Of a stretch of DNA of 64,000 nucleotides, positions 52,034 through 62,504 are shown piece by piece. The notes below the pieces were generated by a model, which saw nothing but the letters and a program-made list of their open reading frames with translations, made no database searches and was not told the DNA's origin. Both the position numbers and the translations under genes were made by a program. The stretch is from an uncultured delta proteobacterium (lineage in GTDB: Bacteria > Myxococcota_A > Polyangia > Fen-1088), in contig CAWCMR010000020.1 of assembly GCA_963796685.1 (NCBI GenBank), positions 1 through 64,000 on the forward strand. Reading direction: 5' to 3'. Numbering within the stretch: the first letter of the stretch is position 1; every line of letters starts with the position of its first letter.

Positions 52034-53206
52034 CTACTGCACTTTTCCGAAGGCGCACTTCAGGTAATCGCCCTCCGGAAACACAGGCAGAGTGGGGTGA
52101 TCCAGGCCGGCGCCGGTGTAGGCTTCGAGCACGAACCGGCGCCCGGCCTGGTGGACACCCGTTTTCACCAGCGCGAGAAATTCGTCGCGCGGCACATGGC
52201 TGGAGCAGGAGGCCGCGCACAGGAGGCCGCCCGGCTTCACGGCCTGTGCAGCCAGGCGGTGCAGGCGCAAGTAGGATCGCCGCGCAGAGGGTACGCTGTT
52301 CTTCGACGGGGCGAAGCTCGGCGGATCGGAAATGACGATGTCCCAGGTCTTCTTTTCCGCGACGGCCTCTTCGAGGAAGGCGAAGGCATCGCTCGCGTGC
52401 AGGCCGGCGCAATCGAGAGCGAGGCCGTTGCGCTCGAAGTTGCGCCTCGCCGCGGCCACGGCCGGGCGGGCGATGTCCACGGTGTCGGTGCGCGTCGCTC
52501 CCGCGGACGCTGCATGGATGGAAAAACCGCCCGTGTACCCGAACAGATTGAGCACGGACTTTCCTTTGGAACGAGCCGCTACGGCCAGGCGATTGTCGCG
52601 CTGATCGAGGAAGAGTCCGCCCTTTTGACCGCGGCCCACGTCGACGATGAAGCGAACGCCGTGCTCCAGGATTTCGATCTCCTCGCCGTGCTGCGCACGG
52701 GCGTCACGGTCTATCGTCTTGCGCACCTGAAAAGTCTCGGCACCCTCGGCGGCGCACTCGGCAGCGCACTCGAAAAGAAGGCCGGGCAGGTCGGCGTAGA
52801 AGGCGCGGCTGCCTTCCCCGTCGTAGCGCACGGAGGCGACGTCGGCGTAGAGGTCGACGTGGATACCGGGCAGGCGATCCGCCTCGCCATGCACCCAGCG
52901 AAATGCGTTGGTCGCGGTCAGATCGAGCCGGGCGCGGCGCATGGCCAGGGCGGCCTTCAGCCGGCGGCGAACCAAGGCGACCCTATCTTCGATCGGAACC
53001 AGGTCGAGCACGCGGACTGCGATGGGGCCGCGGGCGTCCCAATAGCCGAACGCCACCTCGCGACCATGTCGATCGACCACTGCGACGATCTCTCCAGGTG
53101 AAATTCCTGGGCGGTGGGCCAAGGCTTCTCGGAACACCCATGGATGTCCCTGTCGCAGCGTGCGACTCAAATCCTTCCTCAACGCCAATCCAACCGGCCG
53201 GATCAT
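52034..53206 (-). CDS. RlmI-like SAM-dependent rRNA m5C methyltransferase
   Basis: PUA GHPWVF, HGEADRLPG..VD.Y, GQKGGLFLDQRDNR, VLNLFGYTGGFS, ISDPPSFA, SCS, DHP....FPEG.YLK. Confidence 0.88.
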   Translation of the reverse strand: MIRPVGLALRKDLSRTLRQGHPWVFREALAHRPGISPGEIVAVVDRHGREVAFGYWDARGPIAVRVLDLVPIEDRVALVRRRLKAALAMRRARLDLTATNAFRWVHGEADRLPGIHVDLYADVASVRYDGEGSRAFYADLPGLLFECAAECAAEGAETFQVRKTIDRDARAQHGEEIEILEHGVRFIVDVGRGQKGGLFLDQRDNRLAVAARSKGKSVLNLFGYTGGFSIHAASAGATRTDTVDIARPAVAAARRNFERNGLALDCAGLHASDAFAFLEEAVAEKKTWDIVISDPPSFAPSKNSVPSARRSYLRLHRLAAQAVKPGGLLCAASCSSHVPRDEFLALVKTGVHQAGRRFVLEAYTGAGLDHPTLPVFPEGDYLKCAFGKVQ

Positions 53207-53466
53207 GACCTCGCCGCATCATACTATCACTTTTGCGACCGCGCACCCTTAAGGAGCGCGGCGGTTGGGCCGAGACAATACTGGTTGCCAGGAAGGGGGA
53301 GGGGGCTTTCGACGGGCGGCGTGGTTCGGAGGGACCTTTTCGTCTTGGAGGGGTGGGGCCGGCGGTGCCGCGACTTCGGGCGGGTAAGTTGGAGGGTGTG
53401 ACAGCCGCGGTGCCGCCGGAAGTGTTTCCTGTGATAGACGTAGTCGTTCTTGCAGAGGACGACCGC

Positions 53467-55542
53467 GTGACAAATTCGGAAAGCCAACCAACCCCCAATG
53501 CTCCCGTGCCTTCGGGCCGGCCGAGCTTCTTCGACCGTCTGAGCGATCGGCAGATGACCCTGCTGGTGATCGCGGTCGGCCTCCTTCTCTACATCCCGCT
53601 GGCCGGCACCTACGGCCTGTGGGATCCGTGGGAGACGCACTATTCGGAAGTCGCGCGTCAGATGACGAAGCGGGGCGATTTCATCAGCCTGTGGTGGCCG
53701 GGGTCGCCGCGCGACGCGGACGTGTTCTGGTCCAAGCCCGTCCTGTCCTTCTGGGTGATGAGCATCGGCATGCACATCGCGCGCATCGGATTGCCCGGCA
53801 ATCCGCCCGGCGAAATGGCGCTGCTGTCGCGCACGGAGTGGGCGGTGCGCGTGCCCTTCTGTCTGTTTGGCGTGCTTGCCATGTGGGGCATCTACATGGT
53901 CGTCGCGCGTTTCGTATCCAAACGGGCGGGCTTCATCTCGGCGCTGGTCATGGCAACCAGTCCCATGTTCGCGCTCATTGCCCGCCAAGCCATGACCGAT
54001 ATGGCTTTCGTGGGCCCCATGACCATGGCCTTGGCCTTGGGGACCATCGCGCTCCTCGACGACCGCGACGAAGTCCTGCCGCGCCGGGGCCGCGGTTTTT
54101 GGAGCTACCCCCACCACGCCTCGTTCTACACCACGGTCGGAGTGTTCTTGGTCTTGATGGTGCCCCAGCTCATCATCGATTCCGTTCAGCTCAAGGTGAA
54201 GGTTCCCATCGGCGGCCGTGAAGTCCTCATGTACGGCGCGGTGGCGATGATTCCCTATTACCTGGGGTCGCTCCTGTTCTTGTGGTTCTGCATGCGGGCG
54301 CGCTATCGAGCGCCGCTTTACCTCTACATCGCGGCCATGCTGTGCGGGGTCGCGGTGCTGGCCAAGGGCCTCGCCGGGGCCGGCCTGCCCATCATCATCT
54401 TCCTCGCCTATCTGCTCTTCACCTGGAACTGGAAGCGCCTCCAGCGCGCCCAGCTCTTGCCCGCGGTGGCGGTGTCCGCGCTGGTGATGGTGGTCGTGGC
54501 GGCCCCGTGGCACCACGCCATGATCATTCGCCACGGCTGGGCCTTTTGGAACGAGCTCTTCGGCGACAACCACTGGCGCCGCATGATGCTGGGCCGTCAC
54601 GGCGACCGTGGCACCTTCGAGTACTTCCTGCGCGAGTTGGGATACGGCGTTCTGCCTTGGGTGGCGCTGGCGCCGGCGGCGCTCACCGGCATGGTCATGC
54701 GCAAGGTGGGGAGCGAGCAGAAACAGGCGGTGTACAGGCTGGGCGCGATCTGGTTCGTCGCCGGCTACGCCCTGGTCTCGCTCTCCATGACCAAGTTCCA
54801 CCACTACGTCTTGCCGGCGATTCCCGGCCTCGCCATCGTGATCGGCTGTTTCATCAACGACGTGCTCGACAAGCAGGACGTCCGTCGCACCCGACTGGCG
54901 GCCTTGGTTGGGATTCCGCTGCTTGCCGTGATCTTCGCGGACCTGCTTCACGCCCGCAACGCCGCGCAGCGGTTTCTTTGGCTGTTCAGCTACGACTACG
55001 TGCACAGCCCGACGGGACGGCCCTGGCCGAATGAGCTCGATTTTCGCACCCCGCTCGTGGTGATGGGCTTGCTCATCGCCTTGGCGACGCTGGCTCTCGG
55101 CTGGAAGAAGCTGCTGCGTCCGGCGGTCATTGGGCTGTGCCTGGTCTCCGTGGTCTTCACCTACTTTCTCCTCGACGTGTACATGCGCGACGTCGCGCCC
55201 TTCTGGTCGCAGAAGGAAACCCTGGCCGAATACTATCGCCATCGCCGATCGCCCGACGAGAAGCTACTCGCCTACTCCATGTACTGGCGGGGCGAGACCT
55301 TTTACTCCGAAAACGAGATCTACGAAGGCCCCAAGGAAGAGCGGACCGTGTTCGACCAGGAAGGCGCCGACGAGCAGATGAAGGAATGGATCGCCAACCA
55401 CCGCGGACGGCGCGTGTTCATCATCTACGAGCGGGGTAGGCAGAACCACGTGGAGCAGCTCCTGCCCCCTGAAACGCGCTCGAGCTTCAAGGTGCTCTAC
55501 GAGAAGAACAACAAGTTCTCGCTCGCCCAGGCCGATATCTAG
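53467..55542 (+). CDS. ArnT/PMT-like GT-C glycosyltransferase
   Basis: LWDPWETHYSEVARQM, FWSKPVL.FW, EWAVR.P, RQAMTDM, LAKGL.G, TKFHHY.LP; many TM helices. Confidence 0.85.
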   Translation: MTNSESQPTPNAPVPSGRPSFFDRLSDRQMTLLVIAVGLLLYIPLAGTYGLWDPWETHYSEVARQMTKRGDFISLWWPGSPRDADVFWSKPVLSFWVMSIGMHIARIGLPGNPPGEMALLSRTEWAVRVPFCLFGVLAMWGIYMVVARFVSKRAGFISALVMATSPMFALIARQAMTDMAFVGPMTMALALGTIALLDDRDEVLPRRGRGFWSYPHHASFYTTVGVFLVLMVPQLIIDSVQLKVKVPIGGREVLMYGAVAMIPYYLGSLLFLWFCMRARYRAPLYLYIAAMLCGVAVLAKGLAGAGLPIIIFLAYLLFTWNWKRLQRAQLLPAVAVSALVMVVVAAPWHHAMIIRHGWAFWNELFGDNHWRRMMLGRHGDRGTFEYFLRELGYGVLPWVALAPAALTGMVMRKVGSEQKQAVYRLGAIWFVAGYALVSLSMTKFHHYVLPAIPGLAIVIGCFINDVLDKQDVRRTRLAALVGIPLLAVIFADLLHARNAAQRFLWLFSYDYVHSPTGRPWPNELDFRTPLVVMGLLIALATLALGWKKLLRPAVIGLCLVSVVFTYFLLDVYMRDVAPFWSQKETLAEYYRHRRSPDEKLLAYSMYWRGETFYSENEIYEGPKEERTVFDQEGADEQMKEWIANHRGRRVFIIYERGRQNHVEQLLPPETRSSFKVLYEKNNKFSLAQADI

Positions 55543-55553
55543 AGCTTGTCACA

Positions 55554-55947
55554 CGAGGTCGCGCGAAGCGCGGGGGAGGCAGGGTGGGAGGCAGGTGCCG
55601 AGCCTCCCAGGGTTCCCATCACCCGCGTAGGCGGAGCCGAGCTTTGCTCGGCGAAGCCAGAGCGCGGGAGGGTTTGGCGAGGTCGCGCGAAGCGCGGGGG
55701 AGGCAGGGTGGGAGGCAGGTGCCGAGCCTCCCAGGGTTCCCATCACCCGCGTAGGCGGAGCCGAGCTTTGCTCGGCGAAGCCAGAGCGCGGGAGGGTTTG
55801 GCGAGGTCGCGCGAAGCGCGGGGGAGGCAGGGTGGGAGGCAGGTGCCGAGCCTCCCAGGGTTCCCATCACCCGCGTAGGCGGAGCCGAGCTTTGCTCGGC
55901 GAAGCCAGAGCGCGGGAGGGTTTGGGAACCCTCCCAGGGTTCCCATT
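55554..55947 (-). repeat. Three tandem 124-bp copies of the REP-like family plus terminal hairpin
   Basis: GAGGTCGCGCGAAGCGCG starts at 55555, 55679 and 55803; the array ends with TGGGAACCCT-CCC-AGGGTTCCCA; it lies between convergent genes. Confidence 0.92.
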
Positions 55948-56889
55948 TCAACGAAATATCTGCTCCGCCTCCTGTTTCACCTGGCGCAGCTCATCCCAGA
56001 GCTTTTCCAGGTCGCGGGCGCGGAAGCCCAAGTACTCGCATTCGGGCGTCGCGACCAGGTGTTCGGTTTGCTCGGCGCTGGGCAGCGATTCCCGCGCCAA
56101 CATGCGGTCGATCCTCTCCGCCAGGCGAACCAAGGCCACGAGCAACGCCACCTCGCCCCCCGCCGCGAAGGCGCGTACCGGTTGGTGGTGCCAGGCCACG
56201 ATCTTGGGGATGGGATCGGGTAGCCCCCACTTGCGCAAAATGTGGGCGCCGAGCACGGCGTGATCGAAGCCCAGCACCTCGCGCTCGCGCAGGTGGATGG
56301 TGTCCACCTCGGCCATGTCGTTGCCGTGAATCTTGAGGTAGGTGGCGGGCTGGGCCTGGATGAGCAGCAATTTGCCGAAGTCGTGCAGCAGCCCCGCGAT
56401 GTAGCTGCTGGATCCCGCGTTGGCCTTGTGCAAGGCCAGCGCCCGAACCAGCGCACCGGTCGAGGCGCAGTGATCGCGAACGGCGCGGCCGATGCCGCTC
56501 ATGTCCGAGAACATGGCCATCATCGACAGGGACGTGGCGACCTCGCCCAGCGTCCGCGAGCCCAGCACCACGATGGCTTGCTTGATGGAGACGCAGGCCT
56601 CGCGCGGGCGGAAGGCCGCCGAATTGGCCAGGCGTAGGACCTTGGTCGCCAGCGCCGGGTCTTGCTCGATGATGTCTTGCAAGCGGCCGACCTCGAAGTC
56701 TTTGTCGGCGACCTGGTCGAGCACGCGCCTCGCCACTTCCGAGAACGGGCGCAGCCCTTCCAGATCGGCCAGGGCGGCCGCGAAGCTCGCGGCAGCTTGC
56801 GCGGTGATGGCAGTTGCGTCGTCCTCGCCGAACCATAGCTCTTCGAGAATCGATTCAGAGATCTTGGTCTTGCTTGCAGGCGGTGTCAT
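55948..56889 (-). CDS. HDOD domain protein
   Basis: IEQDPALATKVLRLANSA, SIKQAIVVLG, AGLLHDFGKL, E.E.LGFDHA.LG......WGLP, HH.P. Confidence 0.92.
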   Translation of the reverse strand: MTPPASKTKISESILEELWFGEDDATAITAQAAASFAAALADLEGLRPFSEVARRVLDQVADKDFEVGRLQDIIEQDPALATKVLRLANSAAFRPREACVSIKQAIVVLGSRTLGEVATSLSMMAMFSDMSGIGRAVRDHCASTGALVRALALHKANAGSSSYIAGLLHDFGKLLLIQAQPATYLKIHGNDMAEVDTIHLREREVLGFDHAVLGAHILRKWGLPDPIPKIVAWHHQPVRAFAAGGEVALLVALVRLAERIDRMLARESLPSAEQTEHLVATPECEYLGFRARDLEKLWDELRQVKQEAEQIFR

Positions 56890-57140
56890 CTTGGTCGAGC
56901 CTTTCCAGCGCCGGAGCTACACCAAGAAGATAGCATCGTCCCCGGTCCCTCGCGACGTCGGGACGCGACGAGGTCGAACGCTCCGAGACATCGAAGGACG
57001 GCGACCTCGTGCGCCTTGCCGCCGATAATTCCGGCACGCATCGTCGCTTGCGCGAGCATCAGCCGCGCGCGGCTTGCGAGGGCCGCTACCTTCGACCTAC
57101 GCGGCCTGGTGGCGAGTGGATGACGGGGGGGAGCGCGGGA

Positions 57141-57641
57141 CTAATTCGTTCTGTTCGGATCGTACGCCATGTTCAGCGGTAGCTCCGGCAGCTCCGGTGG
57201 GTACACCTGAGCTGCTTGGGTGGCAGTGGCCGTCTGGAGGATCTGAGAGCGGTTGTCGTCCCAGCCATCCACCGTGAAGGTGAAGGTTCCCTTGGTGTTC
57301 GACGTGCTCCAGCTGAACAAGCCGATGTCGGTTGGTGTCAGTCCACCCTGACAGCCCGCCGTCAGCTTTTGATTTCCCTGACTGTCGGCGAACGGCCCCT
57401 CCTTCTGAAGCACGTAGTGATCGAGCACGACCTTACCAGCCCCGTCGGTGATCGTCATCTCGCACTGGTTGATGGCGGTATTTTCCGATCCGCCAGGAAG
57501 AGGCAGCGTCGATCTTGGCGAGGCTTTGACGTGGATCCTGAAGAGCGCGTAGTCCGGGCCACAGCCGCTCAAGCCCGACAGTGATGCGATCAAAGCGCCG
57601 GTCATGAGCAGTCCCTTCGAGAGTTGCATGAATGAGCGCAT
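57141..57641 (-). CDS. Lipoprotein, unknown function
   Basis: Lipobox LSGC; GGGAG RBS. Confidence 0.65.
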   Translation of the reverse strand: MRSFMQLSKGLLMTGALIASLSGLSGCGPDYALFRIHVKASPRSTLPLPGGSENTAINQCEMTITDGAGKVVLDHYVLQKEGPFADSQGNQKLTAGCQGGLTPTDIGLFSWSTSNTKGTFTFTVDGWDDNRSQILQTATATQAAQVYPPELPELPLNMAYDPNRTN

Positions 57642-57643
57642 GG

Positions 57644-58000
57644 CTATCTCCCGTCTCCGATGCAACCAAGTGGGCGCGTCCCGGCTTGACACCCTGGTGC
57701 CTTCTTCTGGAAAGGGATCACCGCTGCCGCGATCACGACGCCCGCAACGCCGACGGCCGTAGCCCAAAACCACCATTGCTCGTAGACCGGATTGAGAATG
57801 GGTTTCTTCTCGGGCTTCTTGCCCAGATCCTTCACGCCATCCGGGACCGACGTGCTGTCGTCCGTGACGATGGTCGGATCTTTGTACGAACCGCCCTCTT
57901 CTTCGTCATCATCGGCCCAGGCAGGCTGGACGACTGCAAAAAACAGCGTCGCGATGACGCTCAGGGAGAGGACCCGAGTCAGAAATGTTGTGCGCGTCAT
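57644..58000 (-). CDS. Small exported protein with C-terminal PVYxxWWFW-TM anchor
   Basis: Signal peptide AWA|DD; PVYEQWWFWATAVGV TM. Confidence 0.65.
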   Translation of the reverse strand: MTRTTFLTRVLSLSVIATLFFAVVQPAWADDDEEEGGSYKDPTIVTDDSTSVPDGVKDLGKKPEKKPILNPVYEQWWFWATAVGVAGVVIAAAVIPFQKKAPGCQAGTRPLGCIGDGR

Positions 58001-58170
58001 GTCGAGAAGCATATTAACCACACGTCGTTACCGGATGGAAGAGGGGAGAAAGGGGGAATTCGCTGCCAGTGCAAAGCACCCCAACGCCACCTACCCGGGA
58101 TCGTCTGGCTTGACCCATGAGGGCCAATCAGGCGAGGAAGGAGGCGAGGAGGGCCCCAGGGGAAGAAGGC

Positions 58171-58902
58171 GTGAAACGCATCGCTCCAAAATCCTTGATC
58201 GCGAGTAGCCGCACGCTCGCCGAGCGTGTCGATGGGCTGGTCTTCGCCAAGCCGGTCGCCTACGTCTACAACCCTTTGGTGTACGCTCGCGCCCAGCACG
58301 AAACCTATCTTGCCCGCTACGGCCAGGCCCCCAAGGAAGTCATCTTGCTGGGCATGAACCCCGGGCCGTTCGGCATGGCCCAGACGGGGGTTCCCTTCGG
58401 CGACGTCGCCATGGTGCGGGACTTCCTCGGGCTGGAAAGCGCCATCGGCAGGCCCGCGCGCGAGCATCCCAAGCGGCCGGTGGAAGGCATGGCCTGCACG
58501 CGCAGCGAGGTGAGCGGTACGCGACTTTGGGGTTGGGCCAAGGACGAGCTCGGCACGGCAGAGCGCTTCTTCGAGCGCTTCTTCGTGGCGAACTACTGTC
58601 CCTTGGTCTTCATGGAGGACTCGGCCCGCAATCTCACCCCGGACAAGCTTCCCGCTGTCGAGCAGGCAGCGCTCTTCGCCGCCTGCGACGAGGCCTTGCG
58701 CGATACGGTCGCGGTTCTGCGCCCTCGCGTCGTCGTCGGGGTCGGCGTCTTCGCCACCCTGCGCGCGCGCCACGCGCTCGCCGATACCGGTCTTGCCATC
58801 GGTACCGTCTTGCACCCCAGCCCGGCCAGCCCCGCGGCCAACCGAGGCTGGGCCGCGCAGGCGCATCGCCAGCTGGCCGACCTCGGCATCGCGATTCGCT
58901 GA
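58171..58902 (+). CDS. SMUG1-type (family 3) uracil-DNA glycosylase
   Basis: YNPL.YA, GMNPGPFGMAQTGVPFG, RSEVSG.RLW, NYCPL, HPSP.SP.AN.GW. Confidence 0.92.
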   Translation: MKRIAPKSLIASSRTLAERVDGLVFAKPVAYVYNPLVYARAQHETYLARYGQAPKEVILLGMNPGPFGMAQTGVPFGDVAMVRDFLGLESAIGRPAREHPKRPVEGMACTRSEVSGTRLWGWAKDELGTAERFFERFFVANYCPLVFMEDSARNLTPDKLPAVEQAALFAACDEALRDTVAVLRPRVVVGVGVFATLRARHALADTGLAIGTVLHPSPASPAANRGWAAQAHRQLADLGIAIR

Positions 58903-58992
58903 TGGGTCAGGCGCGGGTGGTCGCGGTTTGGCCGTCCGTCCTCGGCACCATGCTAGGATATTCGCCCTTCCGAGACGCAGCGAGAACCCGGC

Positions 58993-60498
58993 ATGGCTGA
59001 TTTGCGCAAGCTGAAGAACGAGGCACTGGACGCCGCCGGCAAGGGGAACTGGCGGAAGGCGGCGCGGTGCTATGCGAGCCTGGAAAAGGACGAAGAGGCC
59101 GAGCCGGGCTGGGCGCTCAAGCTGGGCGAGTGCCTGCGCAAGATGGGCAACGACCGAGAGGCCGTCAAGGCCTTGGGCCGCGCCGTCAACGGCTACGCCA
59201 AGAACGGCTTGGTGCTGAAAGCCGTAGCGGTTTGCAAGATCATTCTCAGCGTCGATCCCAATCATTCCCATGCGCAGGAATTGCTGGACTCTTTCTACGC
59301 GGCCCAACGGAGCCCCGACGATCCCGGTGTCCGGCTGCCCCGGCGCACGCCGTCGCCACCGTCGAGCGTGCAAGCGCCCGTCGCGCCCCCGGCCGTGCCC
59401 AGGGCGGCGCCTGGTCCCGTTCTCGCCCCGGCGCCGCCCGACCCCTTTGCCGTGTCGTCGACGATGAAGGTGCCTCGGCCCGTCGCCGTCGCGCCGACGG
59501 CATCCGCTGCCTTGCAGGCTTCCGCCGTCGCCGTGGCGAGCGCGCCGCCGCCCATGCGCCACCTTCGCTTGGCCGCCCTGATACCCGGATCGCGCCCATC
59601 GCAGCAGGTGCCGTCCGCGGGCGGCAGCACGGTCATGGAGATTCCCATCGACGACGATTTCGCACCCGCGGTCGCGCCGACCAACCCGCACAAAGGCGCC
59701 GGCCGAAACACCCTGGCGCGTTTCGTATTGCCCAAGACGCCGTTCTTCTCCGTGCTCTCGCGTGAGCTTTTCCGCATGGCCGTCGAGCGCGTGCGTTTGA
59801 TCCAACTCGCCGTGGGCCAGACCTTGTTTTCGCAAGGCGATCCTGGCGACGTGCTGTACGTGGTGGCGTGGGGGGAAATCGCCGTGCTGGCGCCGCAGGA
59901 AATCGCCCGGCTGTCCGAGGGCGAATTCTTCGGCGAGATCGCCCTGCTCGCCGACCGGCCACGCAACGCCACCGTGCGCGCCACCGTCGACAGCCAGGTC
60001 TTGGCCATCGATCGGGCGCTGCTCAGCGATCTGGTCACGGGCTCGCCCGAGTTGCTCAAGGTGCTGTTGCGCTTTCTGCGCGATCGCCTCGTTGCGACCC
60101 TGGCTGAAACCAGTCCGCTTTTCGCGCCGTTCACGCCCCTCGAGCGCCTGGGGCTGGCCGCGCGCTTTCACTTTCTCGAGATCGACGAGGGACTGCGCAT
60201 CCTCGAACAGGGTGGAAAGTCGCCGGGGCTCTTCGTCTTGCTCGCCGGAGAAGCCAACGCCGTGGCCGATGGACGCGTCGCGGCCCATCTGGAATCGGGC
60301 GACGCGTTCGGCGAGATTTCGCTCATCACGAACCAACCCGCGACGGCCTCCATCGAGACCCTTTGCAAGAGCTTCGTCCTGTACCTGCCACGCGCCGACT
60401 TCTCGGAAATCATCATGACCCATCCCCAGGTGCTCGAATACATCAGCGAGCTGGCCGAGGCGCGCATACGCGACATCGGTCGGATTGACATACTGTGA
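58993..60498 (+). CDS. TPR + tandem cyclic-nucleotide-binding domain protein
   Basis: N-terminal TPR-like helices, Pro-rich linker, two cNMP domains (FFGEIALLADRPRNATV; FGEISLITNQPATAS). Confidence 0.85.
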   Translation: MADLRKLKNEALDAAGKGNWRKAARCYASLEKDEEAEPGWALKLGECLRKMGNDREAVKALGRAVNGYAKNGLVLKAVAVCKIILSVDPNHSHAQELLDSFYAAQRSPDDPGVRLPRRTPSPPSSVQAPVAPPAVPRAAPGPVLAPAPPDPFAVSSTMKVPRPVAVAPTASAALQASAVAVASAPPPMRHLRLAALIPGSRPSQQVPSAGGSTVMEIPIDDDFAPAVAPTNPHKGAGRNTLARFVLPKTPFFSVLSRELFRMAVERVRLIQLAVGQTLFSQGDPGDVLYVVAWGEIAVLAPQEIARLSEGEFFGEIALLADRPRNATVRATVDSQVLAIDRALLSDLVTGSPELLKVLLRFLRDRLVATLAETSPLFAPFTPLERLGLAARFHFLEIDEGLRILEQGGKSPGLFVLLAGEANAVADGRVAAHLESGDAFGEISLITNQPATASIETLCKSFVLYLPRADFSEIIMTHPQVLEYISELAEARIRDIGRIDIL

Positions 60499-60570
60499 CT
60501 TCCATGCCGGTGTACGCAACCAACGCAACTCCAGCTCCACGGAAAGTCGAGTCATCCGCATCCGACGGGG

Positions 60571-60599
60571 TTGACTTTCCCCTCTGGCCGAAGTATTAG
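60571..60599 (+). promoter_or_regulatory. Putative sigma70 promoter of rplM-rpsI
   Basis: TTGACT-17 nt-TATTAG upstream of GTG 60609. Confidence 0.45.
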
Positions 60600-60608
60600 G
60601 AGCGCCCC

Positions 60609-61061
60609 GTGTCTACAGCAGCGCCGCGCCAACGTAAGACTGTTTCCGCCAACGATACCGTTGTGCGCTCGTGGTACATCGCCGACGTCGAGGGCAAGAC
60701 CCTGGGCCGTGCATGTGCCAAGATCGCCTCGGTTCTGCGCGGAAAGAACAAAGCCATCTTTACCCCGCATGCCAACGCGGGCGACTTCGTCGTCGTGATC
60801 AACGCGGAGAAGATTCGCCTCTCGGGCAAGAAGTGGTCGGACAAGATCTATCGCCACCACTCGCTCTTCCCGGGTGGTTTGCAAGAGTATTCCGCCAAGC
60901 AGCTCGTCGAGCGTCATCCCACCGAGCTGGTCAAGCGCGCGGTGTGGGGCATGTTGCCCAAGGGGCCGCTCGGCCGTCAAATCTACAAGAAGTTGAAGGT
61001 CTACGCGGGAACCGACCACCCGCATGCCGCCCAGCAGCCTAAGCCGTTGGCCCTTTCGTAA
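60609..61061 (+). CDS. rplM: 50S ribosomal protein L13
   Basis: WY..D..GKTLGR....IA..LRGKNK..FTPH...GDFVVVINAEK, GMLPKGPLGR, LKVYAG.DHPH.AQQP. Confidence 0.97.
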   Translation: MSTAAPRQRKTVSANDTVVRSWYIADVEGKTLGRACAKIASVLRGKNKAIFTPHANAGDFVVVINAEKIRLSGKKWSDKIYRHHSLFPGGLQEYSAKQLVERHPTELVKRAVWGMLPKGPLGRQIYKKLKVYAGTDHPHAAQQPKPLALS

Positions 61062-61076
61062 GTCCGGAGTCTCCGC

Positions 61077-61475
61077 ATGATCGATCCTCAGAAGAGCATC
61101 TATGCCACTGGCCGCCGTAAGCACGCGGTGGCGCGCGTTTGGATTCAGCCCGGCAACGGCAAGATCGCCATCAACGAGCGCACGCTCGAAGGCTACTTCG
61201 GACGCGAGACCTCGCGTATGGTGTTTCGCCAGGCGCTCGAGCTCACCGAGACCTCCGGCACGCTCGATATCTATGCCAGCGTCAAGGGCGGTGGCCTTTC
61301 CGGCCAGGCCGATGCCTTGAGGCATGGGATTTCGCGCGCCCTGTGCAAGTTCAATTCGGACCTGCGCCCGCCGCTCAAGAAGGCCGGCTACCTGACCCGC
61401 GACGCGCGCGCCAAAGAGCGCAAGAAGTACGGTCAGCGTGGCGCCCGCGCCCGCTTCCAGTTCTCGAAGAGGTAG
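61077..61475 (+). CDS. rpsI: 30S ribosomal protein S9
   Basis: [49 protein letters not shown]. Confidence 0.97.
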   Translation: MIDPQKSIYATGRRKHAVARVWIQPGNGKIAINERTLEGYFGRETSRMVFRQALELTETSGTLDIYASVKGGGLSGQADALRHGISRALCKFNSDLRPPLKKAGYLTRDARAKERKKYGQRGARARFQFSKR

Positions 61476-61477
61476 TC

Positions 61478-61555
61478 AATGGGAACCCTGGGAGGCTCGG
61501 CACCCGCCAGCCCGCCCTGCCACCCCCGCGTTACGCGCGGCCTCGCCAAACCCTC
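61478..61555 (+). repeat. REP-like family copy (uninterrupted version of the transposon target)
   Basis: AATGGGAACCCTGGGAGGCTCGGCACCCGCCAGCCCGCCCTGCCACCCCCGCG...CCTCGCCAAACCCTC, directly after the rpsI stop. Confidence 0.85.
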
Positions 61556-61594
61556 GGGCTACCTGCCTCCATCTCGCGTCGACCTGCCTTCCAC

Positions 61595-62235
61595 CTACCT
61601 CCACAGCGTCGACATCGCGACGCCTATCACTTTGAGCAGGCGATCGGGGTAGACCCCGAGCCACACGAGCAGGATGGTGAGTGAGCCGAGGGCGAGGCGC
61701 TCGCCTAGCGCCGGTCGCACGGCGGCTGGCGCCAGCGTCGTTGTCCGAGCTCGAACATGGCCACCACTACACGCAGGTAGTAGAAGAGGCCGATGGTGCT
61801 CGCGCCGACGAGGACGAACACCGACACCCAGGCAGAGGCGGACGCGCCGGCGGCCAGCACCCAGAACTTGCCGACGAAGCCGGCGGTGAGCGGAATGCCG
61901 GCCAGGGACAGCAGCATGAGCGTGAACCCGCTCGCCAAGCCCGGACGCCGCCAGAACAGCCCGCGATAGTCCTCGATCGTCTCGGCCTCGTGTCCGGGCG
62001 TCGACAGCATCGTCACCACCGCGAAGGCTCCGAGCATGGTGACGAAATAGGCGACGAGATAGAACGAGGCGGCGTTGGCGGCCATCGGTCCGGGCGCCTG
62101 GAACGCGATCAGCAGATAGCCGAGATGCCCGATGGATGAGTAGGCCAGGATCCGCTTCACGTTCTGCTGGAACAAGGCGAGCAGGTTGCCGGTCAACATG
62201 GAGGCCACCGCGAGGGCGACGAGCAGCAGCCGCAT
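61595..62235 (-). pseudogene. nuoN: 3-prime half of NADH-quinone oxidoreductase subunit N
   Basis: [53 protein letters not shown]. The last TM (LLVWLGVYP) is in another frame. The N-terminal half and other nuo genes are absent. Confidence 0.75.
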
Positions 62236-62504
62236 CGTGCCCTCGACCGCTGGCTCCCGCTGATTGACTGCTTCATCTCCTCCTGCTTCAAGCATCTGCG
62301 CAAACCGGATGAGGACATCTTTCTGCTCGCGTTGAACGTGATGCGCTGTTTTGACCGCTTACGCCGAATCGGCCGTCGGGAGCTGGCTTTCGGCCATCAC
62401 GGCCGGCATGTTGATCCGTTCCCTTGTCATCGGCAGACGGCTATGCTGATTGGATGCTTGTCCGCAGCCAGGCCTCGTTCACATCACGAGGCGAACCAGG
62501 CCCG

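Noticed and set aside
55554-55947. CRISPR array
   Set aside because: The units are identical over their whole 124 bp, with no unique spacers, and there are no cas genes in the window.
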